Source: Lama glama (Eukaryota). Taken from it: a DNA stretch of 64,000 bases. Positions 38,491 through 49,520 of this stretch are shown piece after piece. The stretch lies in contig CM052818.1 in assembly GCA_028534125.1 (NCBI GenBank), positions 42,038,001 to 42,102,000 on the forward strand, written 5' to 3'. A program made the translations under genes and the position numbers. The notes below the pieces were generated by a model. That model did not search any database and had not been told where the DNA came from. It worked only from the letters and a program-made list of their open reading frames with translations. Each line of letters begins with the position of its first letter. The first letter of the stretch is position 1.

Positions 38491-41400
38491 CATTTGTGAG
38501 CTTTTCCATCGCACATGGAAACCACCTTTATGTGATCTGACTAGTATCCTAGAAACCCCCCACCCAGGGCCCTCTTAGTGGTTCCCACGAATGATTGACA
38601 AAACACCATCCGTTCACCTCACCCGGCTCCCAGTTCGCGACGTGGCCCAGGGGAGGGAGCCCCGTCACCACGGGCAGGGTCTGGCTGTCGTCCACACGGG
38701 TCAGAGGGTAAGACTCTGATCCAGTCCTGTAGTGCCAGCTTGTAGCATTGTTTCCTGGGACGGGCCCCTGGGCTGGTGGTTCCACAACCATGAGCTTCCT
38801 TCAGTTTAAATAGAGTAAGAAAGGAAAGGAACATAGCAGATACTGACTCCCCCATGCCCAGCCCCAGAGGATCGACTCCGCTGAGTGCTCAGCTTTCCAA
38901 TCTTTGCTCCCACCGCTGCCTCCAACCACCGCATCTCTGCCCTGACCTCCAGATCCAGCCTCACTCAGGCCTCTCCCTCCAGCCCAGGGACTTTCTTCCC
39001 TCACTCCATTACTCAGCAAAAATCTTCTGAGCCTTCCCTGCTCTGGGGACTAAGGATAACCGGGTGAGTCAGACATGGTTCTGACCTCAAAGAAAGTCAC
39101 GGCCATGGGCTTTTTGGTTACCAGGCACTGAGCTACATCACAGTCCAGTGAGTGAAACAAACTGTCCACCTTCTCTCCGGCTCCAGCTGCCTTCCTGGCA
39201 TGAAGGTTGAAGAGACCTTGCTGGACCAGAATGAGGAATAAAGGGAGAGGGAAGCCCAGCTTTGGGCAGATTTTGGCCATTTAGGAAACCAAGGAGGAGA
39301 GAGGCTTCCTGAGTAAACGGCACATCTGGAGCTAGGACCACTCTTTGGAGAATAAGGGAAGGAGGGGAGCGGAACCACCTGCGGGCTTGGTGAGAGCTTG
39401 AGGGGCATCAGCTGGGCCCCTCGGAGGCCACTACGCTGGAGCGGCCCACCTGTAGAGAGCACGCTGGCCTATAGCATCGTAAAAGTGAGGCTCCCAGATT
39501 CCAAACATAGCGGGAAGCTGTGGGTCAACGAGGTTGCGGGAGCCAGATCTCAAAGAGCCCCACCCTTAGGCCCAGCCCACCCGGGCCCTGCTCTGGGCCC
39601 AGGCTCTAGGGGGCCCCTGCAGACCCCCGCAGGGGAAGCCCCTCCCCACTGAGCGTGGAATCCTCTGGGCCAAGGCACCTCGCTCATCCTGTCGCTGCCC
39701 TGCCTCACTCCCTAGACCTGTCTGAAAGCACAAGGCCCTGGGCTTCCCTGTTGGCCACTTAGCGCCAAGCCTGCCTGCAGTTCCATTCTCCTCAGGGCTG
39801 AGGAGCCTGGAGGCCCGGAGCCCTCGTCCTGCTCTGGCCTTGAGCCCCTCGAATGAGAGGAGAGACAAGTGGACAGCCCTCCTCTCCCAGGCTCCCCTGT
39901 CCCCGCCGGCAGGTGCAGAGCGGTCACTGTTGCTTCCCGGCAGCCCGCATTCGCTAAGCAACCAGGAGCTGTTGGGCTGTTTCTCTCAGTTCCCTGGTTG
40001 CTATGGAAGCTGTTTTAGAAAATCTTGCCTGCCAACAATCAGGGCTTTTTCATCAGACCCTGCCCGAGAGCGCCTTGCCTTCGAGGCCCGGCAGCCGAGC
40101 TCAGTGGGCAGCGGGCTGGGAGGGGCGGAAGGGGTGGCCGGGGCAGAAACACAGCCTCAGCCATGACCCTGCAGCCGTGTCCATCCTCGCCAGCCCCAGA
40201 CCCATCCTCAGTCTCTACCTGACGTACCTGACCCTCCCCAAAGAGAGCCTGTCTTTTGCACCCTCCTCTTTGCCCTCTGGCTCTGGCCAGGCTGTGGCTG
40301 GGCTCCGTGGCTTCACCCTGAGGATGAGAAGGGGGCAGGAAGATGAGAAACCCGTCCTCTGTCAGGCCTCCAGGTGAAGTCTCTTCAAGCTCAGATTCAA
40401 AGCTAATCTCTGTCCTCTAAAATGGGCAACTCCCCTGGGCATGACTGTGCTAAGGGAGCCTTCTCTCTCCTGTGACACTCCTGTGACTCTCCTCTCACGG
40501 TACTCAGGATCCCCATCAGCCAGCAGGGCTGAGTGAGCGCCAAGGTCCCAGGATGGGGAGGAGCCGGTGGGAGTGCACTCCTCCCACCACAGGGCTGCAG
40601 CAGACCCGCACCATTAGGTATCCGGGAAGACAGCAGCCTCTTTCCTCAAGAAGAAAGTGAATGCTTGCCGCCAAAGGGACCAGGTAGCCCACAAAGGACT
40701 GGCCTTGGAGGAGGAGAGGGAGGCTGAGGCTCATGAGCATGTCCACCTGGGTCTTCCTCTGCTAGGGCTTGGATGGTGGCTGGAGAGCATGGGGTCCAGC
40801 GAGGGTTCAGGAGTGCCTCCTCCCCCCATTGAAGGAGCCGCCCCGCCTGCCAGCTCTGTGATCCTCGGGGGTGCCACGGCTCTGAATTTTATCAGACAGG
40901 AAATAGTCCCAGGGACTCATTTCTGAACACGGAATTGCTCAAGTGAACAGAACGGCAAATGGGAAATAAAGAGTAAAGAGCCCAAAGGGACAAAACCAAG
41001 TGCTGTCAGGCTCCCGGAGTTCAGTTTGTGGCGCTCTCTGCCTGCACCCCGAGGATGAGTCCCAGCAGGAGGACAGATGACCCTGAGTTTGCAGCAGGAG
41101 CGCCGCTAATCAAACTGGTCCCTTTCTTGGTTCATTGTGATTTTGGCCAAAAGTACCTGTTGAGGATCCATTTTTTTCCTTCTCAAAAGAAGAATGAGAA
41201 ATGTCACACAAGAGAAGCAAAGCACACCCATTTAAAAAAACACTCCAATAATTCCAAAGTGGCTCAATTAAAATAACAAAAAGGCGATTGCGACAGATTT
41301 CTAGAAAGTCAGAGTTTATTGTTAAAATTCTGCTTTGAGTCTGAGATTGAAAAGCTTCAACAGGAAAAGCTATAAAGGATACAGGCTTGAACATGTTTCT

Positions 41401-41699
41401 TCATATTCTAAGAAGCAACTCAGCCTCCTTTTCTCAGATCCTAAGAAACCCAGTTGAATACTTGAAAAAAAAATTTTTTGAAGACCCAGCCTCAGACTCC
41501 CATACTCCCAAGCATCTCAGACTTTCAAAGCTGGACAAGCCTCAAATACCTCAAGGCTTAAAACGCCAGCCAATCCTTTAGTCCTCCTTGAAGTGGTGAG
41601 TACAGGGGTTTTGAATTCGGACAGGCCTGGGTTCAAATCCCAGCTTTACCACCAGCTGGGGGCGGGGGCAGCCTCAGGCATGACATACAACAGCATATA

Positions 41700-42230
41700 C
41701 AGGCTGAAGGGCCTCGAGAAGAATGTTGATGAAACCCTAAAGGCCTTGAGAAGCCTGTCAACCAGGGCTTTTAGGAGAGCCATGAGACTGTCCTAGGAGT
41801 TTTGAAGTCTAGGGGCTTCTTGTTATAGGACGGCCAGAAGGTTGGCAATACCACGACCAGCAGAATCATGGGAAATAGGGAGGCATCTAATGAGCTGGCT
41901 AATCTAGCTAAGGTTTTCAGGCACAATGTTAAAAGTACCACTTGGCTTCTCCAACATGGCTGTGACAAAACGTGAGCGGAGAGAGATGAGCAAAAGGAGC
42001 CAGGTCTTGCTGGGTTCGAAAATCCAACTGTTTTTCATTCCCAAGTCTTTCCAGAAGGTAGACAATTCTTGAATTAAGAAAGGGGCTCAGGTCAAACATA
42101 AATCTCAGCTGGGACTCTCAGATCTTTGGTTAAGACCTCAGGAAGTTGGAAGGCGGTGCCTCTTAGAACCCCTCGGGCAGACAAAACGTCCTCTAAGAAT
42201 CTTGAAGATTTGCCCCAGTCAAGCTGTTCA
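41700..42230 (+). mobile_element. MaLR internal sequence (MLT1-int-like) fragment
   Basis: ctaatgagctggctaatctagctaagg...aatgttaaaagtaccacttggcttctc...gagcggagagagatgag resembles the MaLR internal ORF region. Confidence 0.65.
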
Positions 42231-42239
42231 AGTTGATGC

Positions 42240-42365
42240 CTCAGGGCACAAAGATGAATGCTCGCCACTGAGCACCACCCAGCTTATCAATTCATGAGCG
42301 GAATTAATGATCGTGTTATTTTTAGGTCGCTAAGTTTTGGGATGTTTGGTTATGCAGCAACAGAG
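42240..42365 (+). mobile_element. MLT1 (H-K-like) LTR 3' end
   Basis: tcatgagcggaattaatgatcgtgttatttttaggtcgctaagttttgggatgtttggttatgcagcaa. Confidence 0.7.
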
Positions 42366-42795
42366 AGTCAGACCAGATCTAAACCCCAGGCTTCCCAATC
42401 TGTGTCCAGTTCCCATTGACCTGATGATCTCTCTGAGTTCACAGCCTGAGCGCAGAATTCTGTCTCTTGCCCCATGGAACCTTACTCAGTGGACCAGCTC
42501 TGCTTGGCGCTGGGGAGACAGTGAATCTCCACTTGTTTGTGGCTTTTCTGAACCCTGGAGCCTGAACTTTTGCGAGAGTCATAGCTATAGGGTCACCCTT
42601 GTCCTCTGGGGCTTCTGTCTAAAGGAAAGGCGGACACGGCAGAAGGGGTGTAGGGTAAGCTGGGATTTGATTGGTGAGAGGGAAATGCCTTGGCTCTGAG
42701 GAAGCCACGGGGTGTTTGCTCCTGTAATCTCCTTGCTCCCTCGCCTTGTTCCTCCTTTGAGCAGATTCCACTGGGGTGTCTGTGAATTATCTCTG

Positions 42796-43298
42796 CAATT
42801 ATTTATTTACTTACTTACTTACTTACTTACTTTTGTATTCAGTTTACAATGTTGTGTCAATTTCAGGTGTACAGCACAATTCTTCAGTCATACAGGAACA
42901 TACATATATTCATTTTTCATATTCTTTTTTTTAACTTTTTTATTGATTTATAATCATTTTACAATGTTGTGTCAAATTCCAGTGTTCAGCACAATTTTTC
43001 AGTCATTCACGGACATATACACACACATTGTCACATTTTTTTCTCTGTGATTTATCATTTTTCATATTCTTTTTAACATAAGCTACTACAAGACATTGAG
43101 TATAGTTCCCTGGGCTGTACAGTATAAAGTTGTTTTTTGGATTTTGTGAGAATCCTCCTGTATTTCAAAACGAGAGACACTCTGCCAGAGTTCAGTAGGT
43201 GTTCCTTGCGATCCAGTGGGCCTGCAGATGTAATTCTTGGTGTATTTGTGGGAGAGGGCGAGCTGTGAGTCTCTCTACTCCTCCATCTTGGCTCCCCC
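42796..43298 (-). mobile_element. Short L1-derived element: ~160 bp L1-like 5' UTR start fused to the L1 3' UTR end, carrying a nested younger L1 tail
   Basis: minus strand starts gggggagccaagatggaggagtag; junction near 43138/43139; flanks tgaattatctctg (42783-42795) / tggattatctttg (43299-43311). Confidence 0.8.
42925..43054 (-). mobile_element. ~130-bp 5'-truncated young L1 3' end
   Basis: closely matches the last ~130 bp of the L1 at 27112-29422; perfect TSD tcatttttcatattc at 42910-42924 and 43055-43069. Confidence 0.9.
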
Positions 43299-44149
43299 TG
43301 GATTATCTTTGGAGAATATTCTCAGAATCCCCCTCCTTCCTGATGGATCAGGGAACATGTCTATTTCTGGAAAGGTCTGAGGAGCAGTGCCTGTACCGTT
43401 TTCCCCCCTCACCCATCTATTACTGAAGAGCATTGACGGAGGCCTCCTCCATGCTAGAAGCTGAGACACGTATAAATCAGATCCATTTCCACCTTCATGG
43501 AGCCACCTGTCTGGTGGAGGAAGCAGGCAGGGACAGACAACCATAGGATGCTCTTTGGAGTCTTCACAAGGCATAGACTGGGGCCAGAGAAGGGAGTGAT
43601 GAGGGCCTGGGGACTTAGGGAGAGATGCTGATGTTGGAGACAGGAAGGTGGGCAAAGCTTTAGAGAAGTCATTAGAGGCAAACCAAGAGTCAGAATTTCA
43701 GGGGTGACCTCTTCCCTCCCCCAAACCCTGAGCTGAGGCCCAGCCATCAGGGACTATTGCCAGTCTGCTCCAGGCTGTGCCTCCAGGCTTACATATCTTT
43801 TGTGTTTTAAAGCTGTTCCTTATGCCTGGAAAGCTTTTCTCCACCTGCCCTAACTACCTTCTACTTCTTTAAAATTCTTCATATAATAGCCTGTAGACAC
43901 CGTCCATTTGGTTCTTATTCTCTGAGGTTCATAAAACCTTAATTTTATAGATAAGGTAACTAAGGATCAGATTCTTTAAGGCAGCCAGCATCCTCACTGA
44001 GAGGTACAGTAGGGACATACTGAGCCATGATCTGAATGGGGAGACCAAAGCCCATTTAGCACTTGCTTCCTCCATCCTCTTGGACATCATTAGTATAAAA
44101 AGAAGATGTAACAGAACTAGTTAAGGTACTAAACAAAGCGCTGCTCTTG

Positions 44150-44310
44150 CAGGTACCGGGGGGGCTTCAGCTGTGTCTATAACATTCTGCTTCTTTTTAA
44201 AACATGGAACGGGTATAGCAAAATATTTGGATTTGATAGAGTTACGTAGTGGACAAATATTTGCTATTCTTTGTACTTTTCATTTGTGTATAAAAATTTT
44301 CACTATTCTT
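44150..44310 (+). mobile_element. Ancient L1 (L1ME/L1MC4-like) 3' terminal fragment
   Basis: ggggggcttcagctgtgtctataacattctg...atagcaaaatat...tattctttgtacttttc. Confidence 0.55.
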
Positions 44311-45257
44311 TTTTTTTTTTTTGCTAAGACTATTTAATAAACCCTAAGGAATCAGATCTACTGTGTTTCATGTTCAAATGATTTAATTCAAAGGTCATAA
44401 TGTAGACAGCAAAAGTGGTTTCTTAGTTTTTGGCATGCTGACAATTAATCTCGGGAAATCAGAGTATAAAAAAATAGAAGTAAAAAATATATATATTTAC
44501 CTATCTCCTCAATTCCTAACATGCTATTTTCTTTTTCACATTTTTACTTCTGGTCCTGATTCACATGAAGATAACATTTTTCACAAATTCAATCATCCAA
44601 CTTCAATTCTAGTATTTGCACATCCTTCTGTCATTAACATTTTTGGTCTGAAGTCTATGGTCTGAATAATCCTCATAATTATTATTTTTACTGGCTACCG
44701 TATACTACCACTTATTAAGTCATTCTCTTATTATAGCCCAATTCAATCATTTCCAGCTTTTTGCTCTTGTAGAAAAACTTCCATAAATATTTTTATGAAT
44801 ACAGTTTTTACTTCCTTTGAAGCATATATCATTATATAACATATGGTGTATATACAACCAACAATCCCCCAGTTAATACTCTGCCAATTTATAATGTAAA
44901 AGTCTATGCTTTACCTTACTCCCACACACAGAATATTTTTATTTATTTATTGCTCATGTAGAGGTTTCTTCCATCTTTGGTAGAACTATTTAAACAGTGT
45001 GGTTTCAATGGACATTTCAAGAGTCCAATTACCCATAAGTGAATGAAGGGATTTCATAATCTGCCCACTAGCACTGAAAGAAGTTCAGTATGCGTTTTGC
45101 TAAGTCTACCACCTTGGATTCTTCAGTTCTCAAAATGAAATATTATCACAGTTCATCCTGGTATAAGGATGCAATTGTCAATTTCTTCTTGCTCTTGGTG
45201 GGGGGTAGGGGAGCGAGAGGAGCACAAGCGAGGATGGAGAGGAATAGGACACCAGCA

Positions 45258-45397
45258 GGGAGGGTACAGCTCAGTGGTAGAGTGCACGGCTTAGCATGGA
45301 TGAGGTCCTGGATTCAATCCCCAGTACTCCTCTAAAAAAAAATAAATAAACTTAATTACCTCCTCCCACTAAATAAAATAAACTTAAAAAAAATAAA
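45258..45397 (+). mobile_element. tRNA-Ala-derived SINE (Vic-1 type)
   Basis: gggagggtacagctcagtggtagag...cttagcat...gaggtcctggattcaatccccagtac, aattacctcc body, A-rich tail. Confidence 0.92.
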
Positions 45398-45410
45398 GAG
45401 GGATGGGATA

Positions 45411-45560
45411 CCTTGTAATAACCTATAATGAAAAAGAATATATATACATGTGTATATATGTGTATATATATATATATATATATGACTGAATCACTGTGCT
45501 GTACACCAGAAATTAACACAACATTGTGTATCAATTATACTTCAATTTAAAAGAAAAAAA
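45411..45560 (+). mobile_element. Short L1 3' UTR terminal fragment with a (TA)-rich microsatellite
   Basis: cttgtaataacctataatgaaaaagaata...actgaatcactgtgctgtacaccagaaattaacacaacattgt...tatacttcaattt. Confidence 0.9.
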
Positions 45561-45837
45561 GAGCGTTGGGTAAGACAGCCAGCTGGGAAGGGAGGTAGCC
45601 GCTGAAATCATCCCCTTCACCACCGGGTGAGGTTTCCCTAACCAGGAGTATAATTTGCTGCTGCAGAGAGATTCCACAGCAACCTTTGTTTTGCTCCTTT
45701 AGGGAGAATAAAACTTAGTGGAGACTAAGAATGACCCCTTGGATAGGCAGAGTTTCATAAAACATGTCTCCCTGTGCTGAAAGAAGTTTAGGTCTATTAC
45801 TTCCTTTGTGATATTTATCCAAAAATTCTCAAATTCA

Positions 45838-46060
45838 TTTCTTTAAATTGAAGTATATAGTCTGTTTACAATGGTGTGTCCATTTCTGCTGGACAGCGTA
45901 ATGTTTCAGCCATACATGTACATATATACTCCTTTTCATAGTCTTTTTCATTATAATTTACTATGAGATATTAAACATAGGTCCCTGTGTATTACAGTAT
46001 AAACTTTTTGTTTATCTGTTTTATATATAGGCACTTAGTATCTGCAAATCTCAAAACTCC
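45838..46060 (-). mobile_element. L1 3' UTR fragment
   Basis: aattgaagtatatagtctgtttacaatggtgtgtc...ccctgtgtattacagtataaactttttgtttatc. Confidence 0.88.
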
Positions 46061-46289
46061 TTTTAAATAACTTGAATACTTCTAGGTATCAGATTCCTAA
46101 TGAATCGGTAGCCTTGTTTTTCAAAAAGTAATAAGTAAATCTCTTAAATTTCTCTGGCTAACGGTATCCTGCTATGACTTGAGGATTAGGCAAGGACCTG
46201 AAGGTCTGCCCCAACCTCCCAGCACTGGGACAATGGCAGTGCTGATGGGTAGGGCACATGGACATTGCGGCCATCAGACTGGAATGTGT

Positions 46290-46500
46290 CTGAGGGCTGA
46301 GAGCACTGATCCAAGAGCTTGGAGCCCGAGTTCAGGTTCCCAATTTGGCCCCAGCTGGTTGTGACTGTGGGCAAATGACCTCCCTGCTCTAAGCTGTAGT
46401 TTATCCATGAGTAAAATGCAGTTATACTGCCCTGCTTTCTTCCCTAGGCTACTGGGAGGCTCAAGGTGACATGGGCAGCAAGTGACCTGTTAACCACAAA
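46290..46500 (+). mobile_element. MIR SINE
   Basis: ggctgagagcactg...ggttgtgactgtgggcaaatgacc...agtttatccatgagtaaaatg. Confidence 0.65.
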
Positions 46501-47166
46501 GAGATGCTTACATGTAAAGGATGGTAATCATGTTATTTCCATATTTGTACAGAAACACAGAACACTAACATTTTTCGTCAAATAGAATGAAAATGATTGA
46601 AAGAATAAACTAGTGTTTTTGACAAAGAAGAAATTTTAAAAGAAATGCCTTGAACGACAGTCTCCCCGACACGTCCCAGTTTGGCAGTACACCAACCCTG
46701 AGTTCCTACAGCCAGCCCTGAAAGCCATTAGCAGGGCTGTGTGTCTGTGTTTATAGTCCCAACTGCTCTTTACTGTAGACTCAATTTTTAGTAAATAATC
46801 CAATTGATATTTTTATACTACTACCAGATAAGACTAATGTGTGTCTCTTTTCCTCCCTTTCCCCTCATCCTCTCCCATCACCAATGCTAAATTACAGAGA
46901 CTGAGGTGTCTCACTGTGGCCAGAAGAATGAGAAGAAGATGGGGGAAAATGGTCCAAAGTTGAAACCAGGGCCAGAGAAAGCCACTAAGGACCTGAAAAG
47001 CCACCATGGACTGGGTCTGATGAATGTTAAATTCGATTCAACAAAATTTATGGAGGTCCCAATTGATCTGATGGGGGCTCTTCCAAGAGCTCACAACCTA
47101 GTGGAAAACACAAGAAAAATTATGACAATGTTATATTTGCATTATACTTGCAAAGAGTCCTAAGCA

Positions 47167-47307
47167 GGTGTAGGATATAGCTCAGTGATAGAGTGCCTAC
47201 TTAGCATGCACGAGGTCCAGGGTTCAATCCCCAGCACCTCCACTTAAAAAATAAATAAACCTAATTACCTCCCCTTCCCACAAACATGAAACTAAAAAAA
47301 AAAAAAA
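47167..47307 (+). mobile_element. tRNA-Ala(AGC)-derived SINE (Vic-1 type) with perfect TSD
   Basis: tatagctcagtgatagag...cttagcatgcacgaggtccagggttcaatccccagcacctcca; poly-A; TSD aaagagtcctaagca at 47152-47166 and 47308-47322. Confidence 0.95.
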
Positions 47308-47719
47308 AAAGAGTCCTAAGCAAACTGCAGGTGATTCTTATGCACAGAGGTGGTATGGAGGTTACTGGAAAACCACCAAGGGACGGTAACCTGTGAGCTG
47401 AAATTTAAACCACAAGGCAGCATATGCCAGTGAAATAAGGGACCGTTGAGGGTATTCCAGACAGAGTAAACAGTATGAGCCAAGACCTGGAGGCTTGGAT
47501 GTGAGTGGAATGCTTTCATGAAAGCCAATGAAATATGTATGGTATATGTAGGGGTGAGCCTCGGGGGTATGTAACTTACGAATGATCATGTTATGCTGCA
47601 GTGACAAATATCTCCCAAGTCAAGAATTGGACAGGCCACATGTCCATCACGATCTACTATGGCCCTCCAGGTCATCTTCTCTCCAGGACCTTCAATGAAA
47701 GAATAGCCACTGTCTAGAA

Positions 47720-47858
47720 CTGCCTGTCCACTACAGTAGGACTAGCTATTAAAATTTTCAATAGACACAAGTAGCTATTGGCTAGTGGCTACCATATTGG
47801 ACAGCATAGATATTGTAAACCAGTTCCATTGTTGCAGAAAGTTCTCCTGGACATCCTG
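47720..47858. mobile_element. MER3-like hAT-Charlie MITE, internally deleted
   Basis: ggctagtggctaccatattggacagcatagata...gcagaaagttctcctggaca; perfect 8-bp TSD gtctagaa at 47712-47719 and 47859-47866. Confidence 0.85.
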
Positions 47859-47866
47859 GTCTAGAA

Positions 47867-48069
47867 CAGGGGTTTGTAAGCTATGGCCCATCAGCCAAAC
47901 CCAATCCGCTGCTTGTTTTTTATAAATAAAGTTTTATTGGAACCCAGTCATACTCATTCACTTATGTATTACCTATGATGGCTTTCCAATGACAATTGTA
48001 GAGTTGAGACGCGCATAGCTTGTAGCCCACAAAGCTGAAAAGGTTACAGAAAAAGTTTGTTGACACCTG
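47867..48069. mobile_element. MER58A-like hAT-Charlie MITE
   Basis: cagggg...ctatggccca...aaataaagttttattggaac...cccacaaagc...tacagaaaaagtttgttgacacctg, with cagg/cctg terminal inverted ends. Confidence 0.88.
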
Positions 48070-48569
48070 ATTTAGATCACCCCCCTAAGGTGCCGTGGCA
48101 GAAGGAAAAAGCACTGCAGCCCACGTGTTCCCTCTGTTCACGATTCATTGGCCAAAACTAGACGTTTGACCCCAGCCAACCTCAAGGGAGCCAGGAAGCG
48201 CAGTATTTACAACTTGCCCAGAAGGAAGGGACACTGAAACATCTGAAACCACGGGGGACAGGTCTGGACATAGGCAAAAAGTTAGACTGAGTCTCAAGGG
48301 CCCCGAGTTTTGACTGTTATGCTGCGAGGGATGGGGCGCTGTCCGAGGAAAGATCTGGGTCCCAGAAGATTCTCGGTACCCGGGGGCTGTTGGAAAATTA
48401 ATGGGAGCAATCAATACGGGCAGAAAAGGCCGCAGAGCAGAAACAGGGGAAAGAGCTCAGAAGGGACAGGATAACTCCAGCTCTAAAAACTCACCAGCGT
48501 GAACCGTTCCACAAGAACCATGGCGCTGCCCTAGCCAGGTCGTAGCCTGTCTCCAAGGCAGCAGAATAA

Positions 48570-48760
48570 GGACGGCAAACATTTAGACATGGACTGCCCA
48601 TGTGCCAGGTGCTGATGTAAGCAGTTAGCGTAGACTCACACATTTATGCCTCTCAACAAGCGTGTGAGGTAGAGATCATTTTCTCCTCACTTTCCACATG
48701 AGGAAACTGCAGTCCAGAGGCTTCAGTGACCTGAGCAGTGTCACCCAGTGAGGGAGCACG
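48570..48760 (-). mobile_element. MIR SINE
   Basis: ccatgtgccaggtgctg...tgtgaggtag...tttccacatgaggaaactg. Confidence 0.75.
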
Positions 48761-49369
48761 GTCTAGCTGCTCAGAACATGGTCCACCTGTCAGCCGTCAT
48801 GGTGCACTGATCACTGGTCCAGCCGGCCTTCAGATCCCCCGATCCAGCTCTGTTGACTCTGTAGAAAACTGCCCAAATTTATGGATTATGTGGACTGTTA
48901 CCTTTTACTCTCCAAAACACATTAAGTGATTTTGTCTGGAAATGTTTTACAAGCGCCAATTATGCCTCCTACATTCCCTCCCCGGTACAGCCCAGGTCCC
49001 CAGCCAGGACTGTAAAAGAGCCTTTTCTTCTTTCTAAAGCCTCTTAACTCTCTGCCCCCAGAGATGGCTGGTTCTCCCCAAGTCTGGGAAAAGCAAAGCT
49101 CCCGTTCTGGCCCACGGGGAGATTTTAGACGGACCGTCATGTCTCAGCTCTGCTCTCCCTCTTTTCACGAGACTCTTTAATTAGGTTCAGAAACATGTTT
49201 ATGATCCTGAGAACCAGCCCGTGTTATATTAGGCAAGTTCAAAGCTACATTTCCCCCAACAACGCTCAGAACATTTCAGTAAACTCTGAGGCCTGGCTCA
49301 CAGCCAGCCCTGAACAAAATCAGACCGTGGCCAAAGAGCGCCGCCAGCACCCCCGGCTCTGGGCAGCTC

Positions 49370-49520
49370 TGGACAGTGGGATTCAGGCTTGGACAGACCT
49401 AGGTTTTCATCCTGGCCCCTCTCTACTGGCAAAGTGACCTTGGGCACATTACTTAACCTCTCTGAGCCTTGCATTCTAATTTGGGGACTATAGGTTTATT
49501 TAGAATTTAGAATGGGCGTC
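49370..49520 (+). mobile_element. MIR SINE fragment
   Basis: cagacctaggttttcatcctggc...gtgaccttgggcacattacttaacctctctgagcct. Confidence 0.8.

Larger units (their letters stand above)
47570..48255 (-). mobile_element. MLT1I/J-like LTR split by two DNA transposons
   Basis: left part gttatgctgcagtgacaaa...acatgtccatcacg...agccactgtctagaa; right part gtggcagaaggaaaaag...ttcattggccaaaactag...ttgcccagaagga. Confidence 0.75.
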
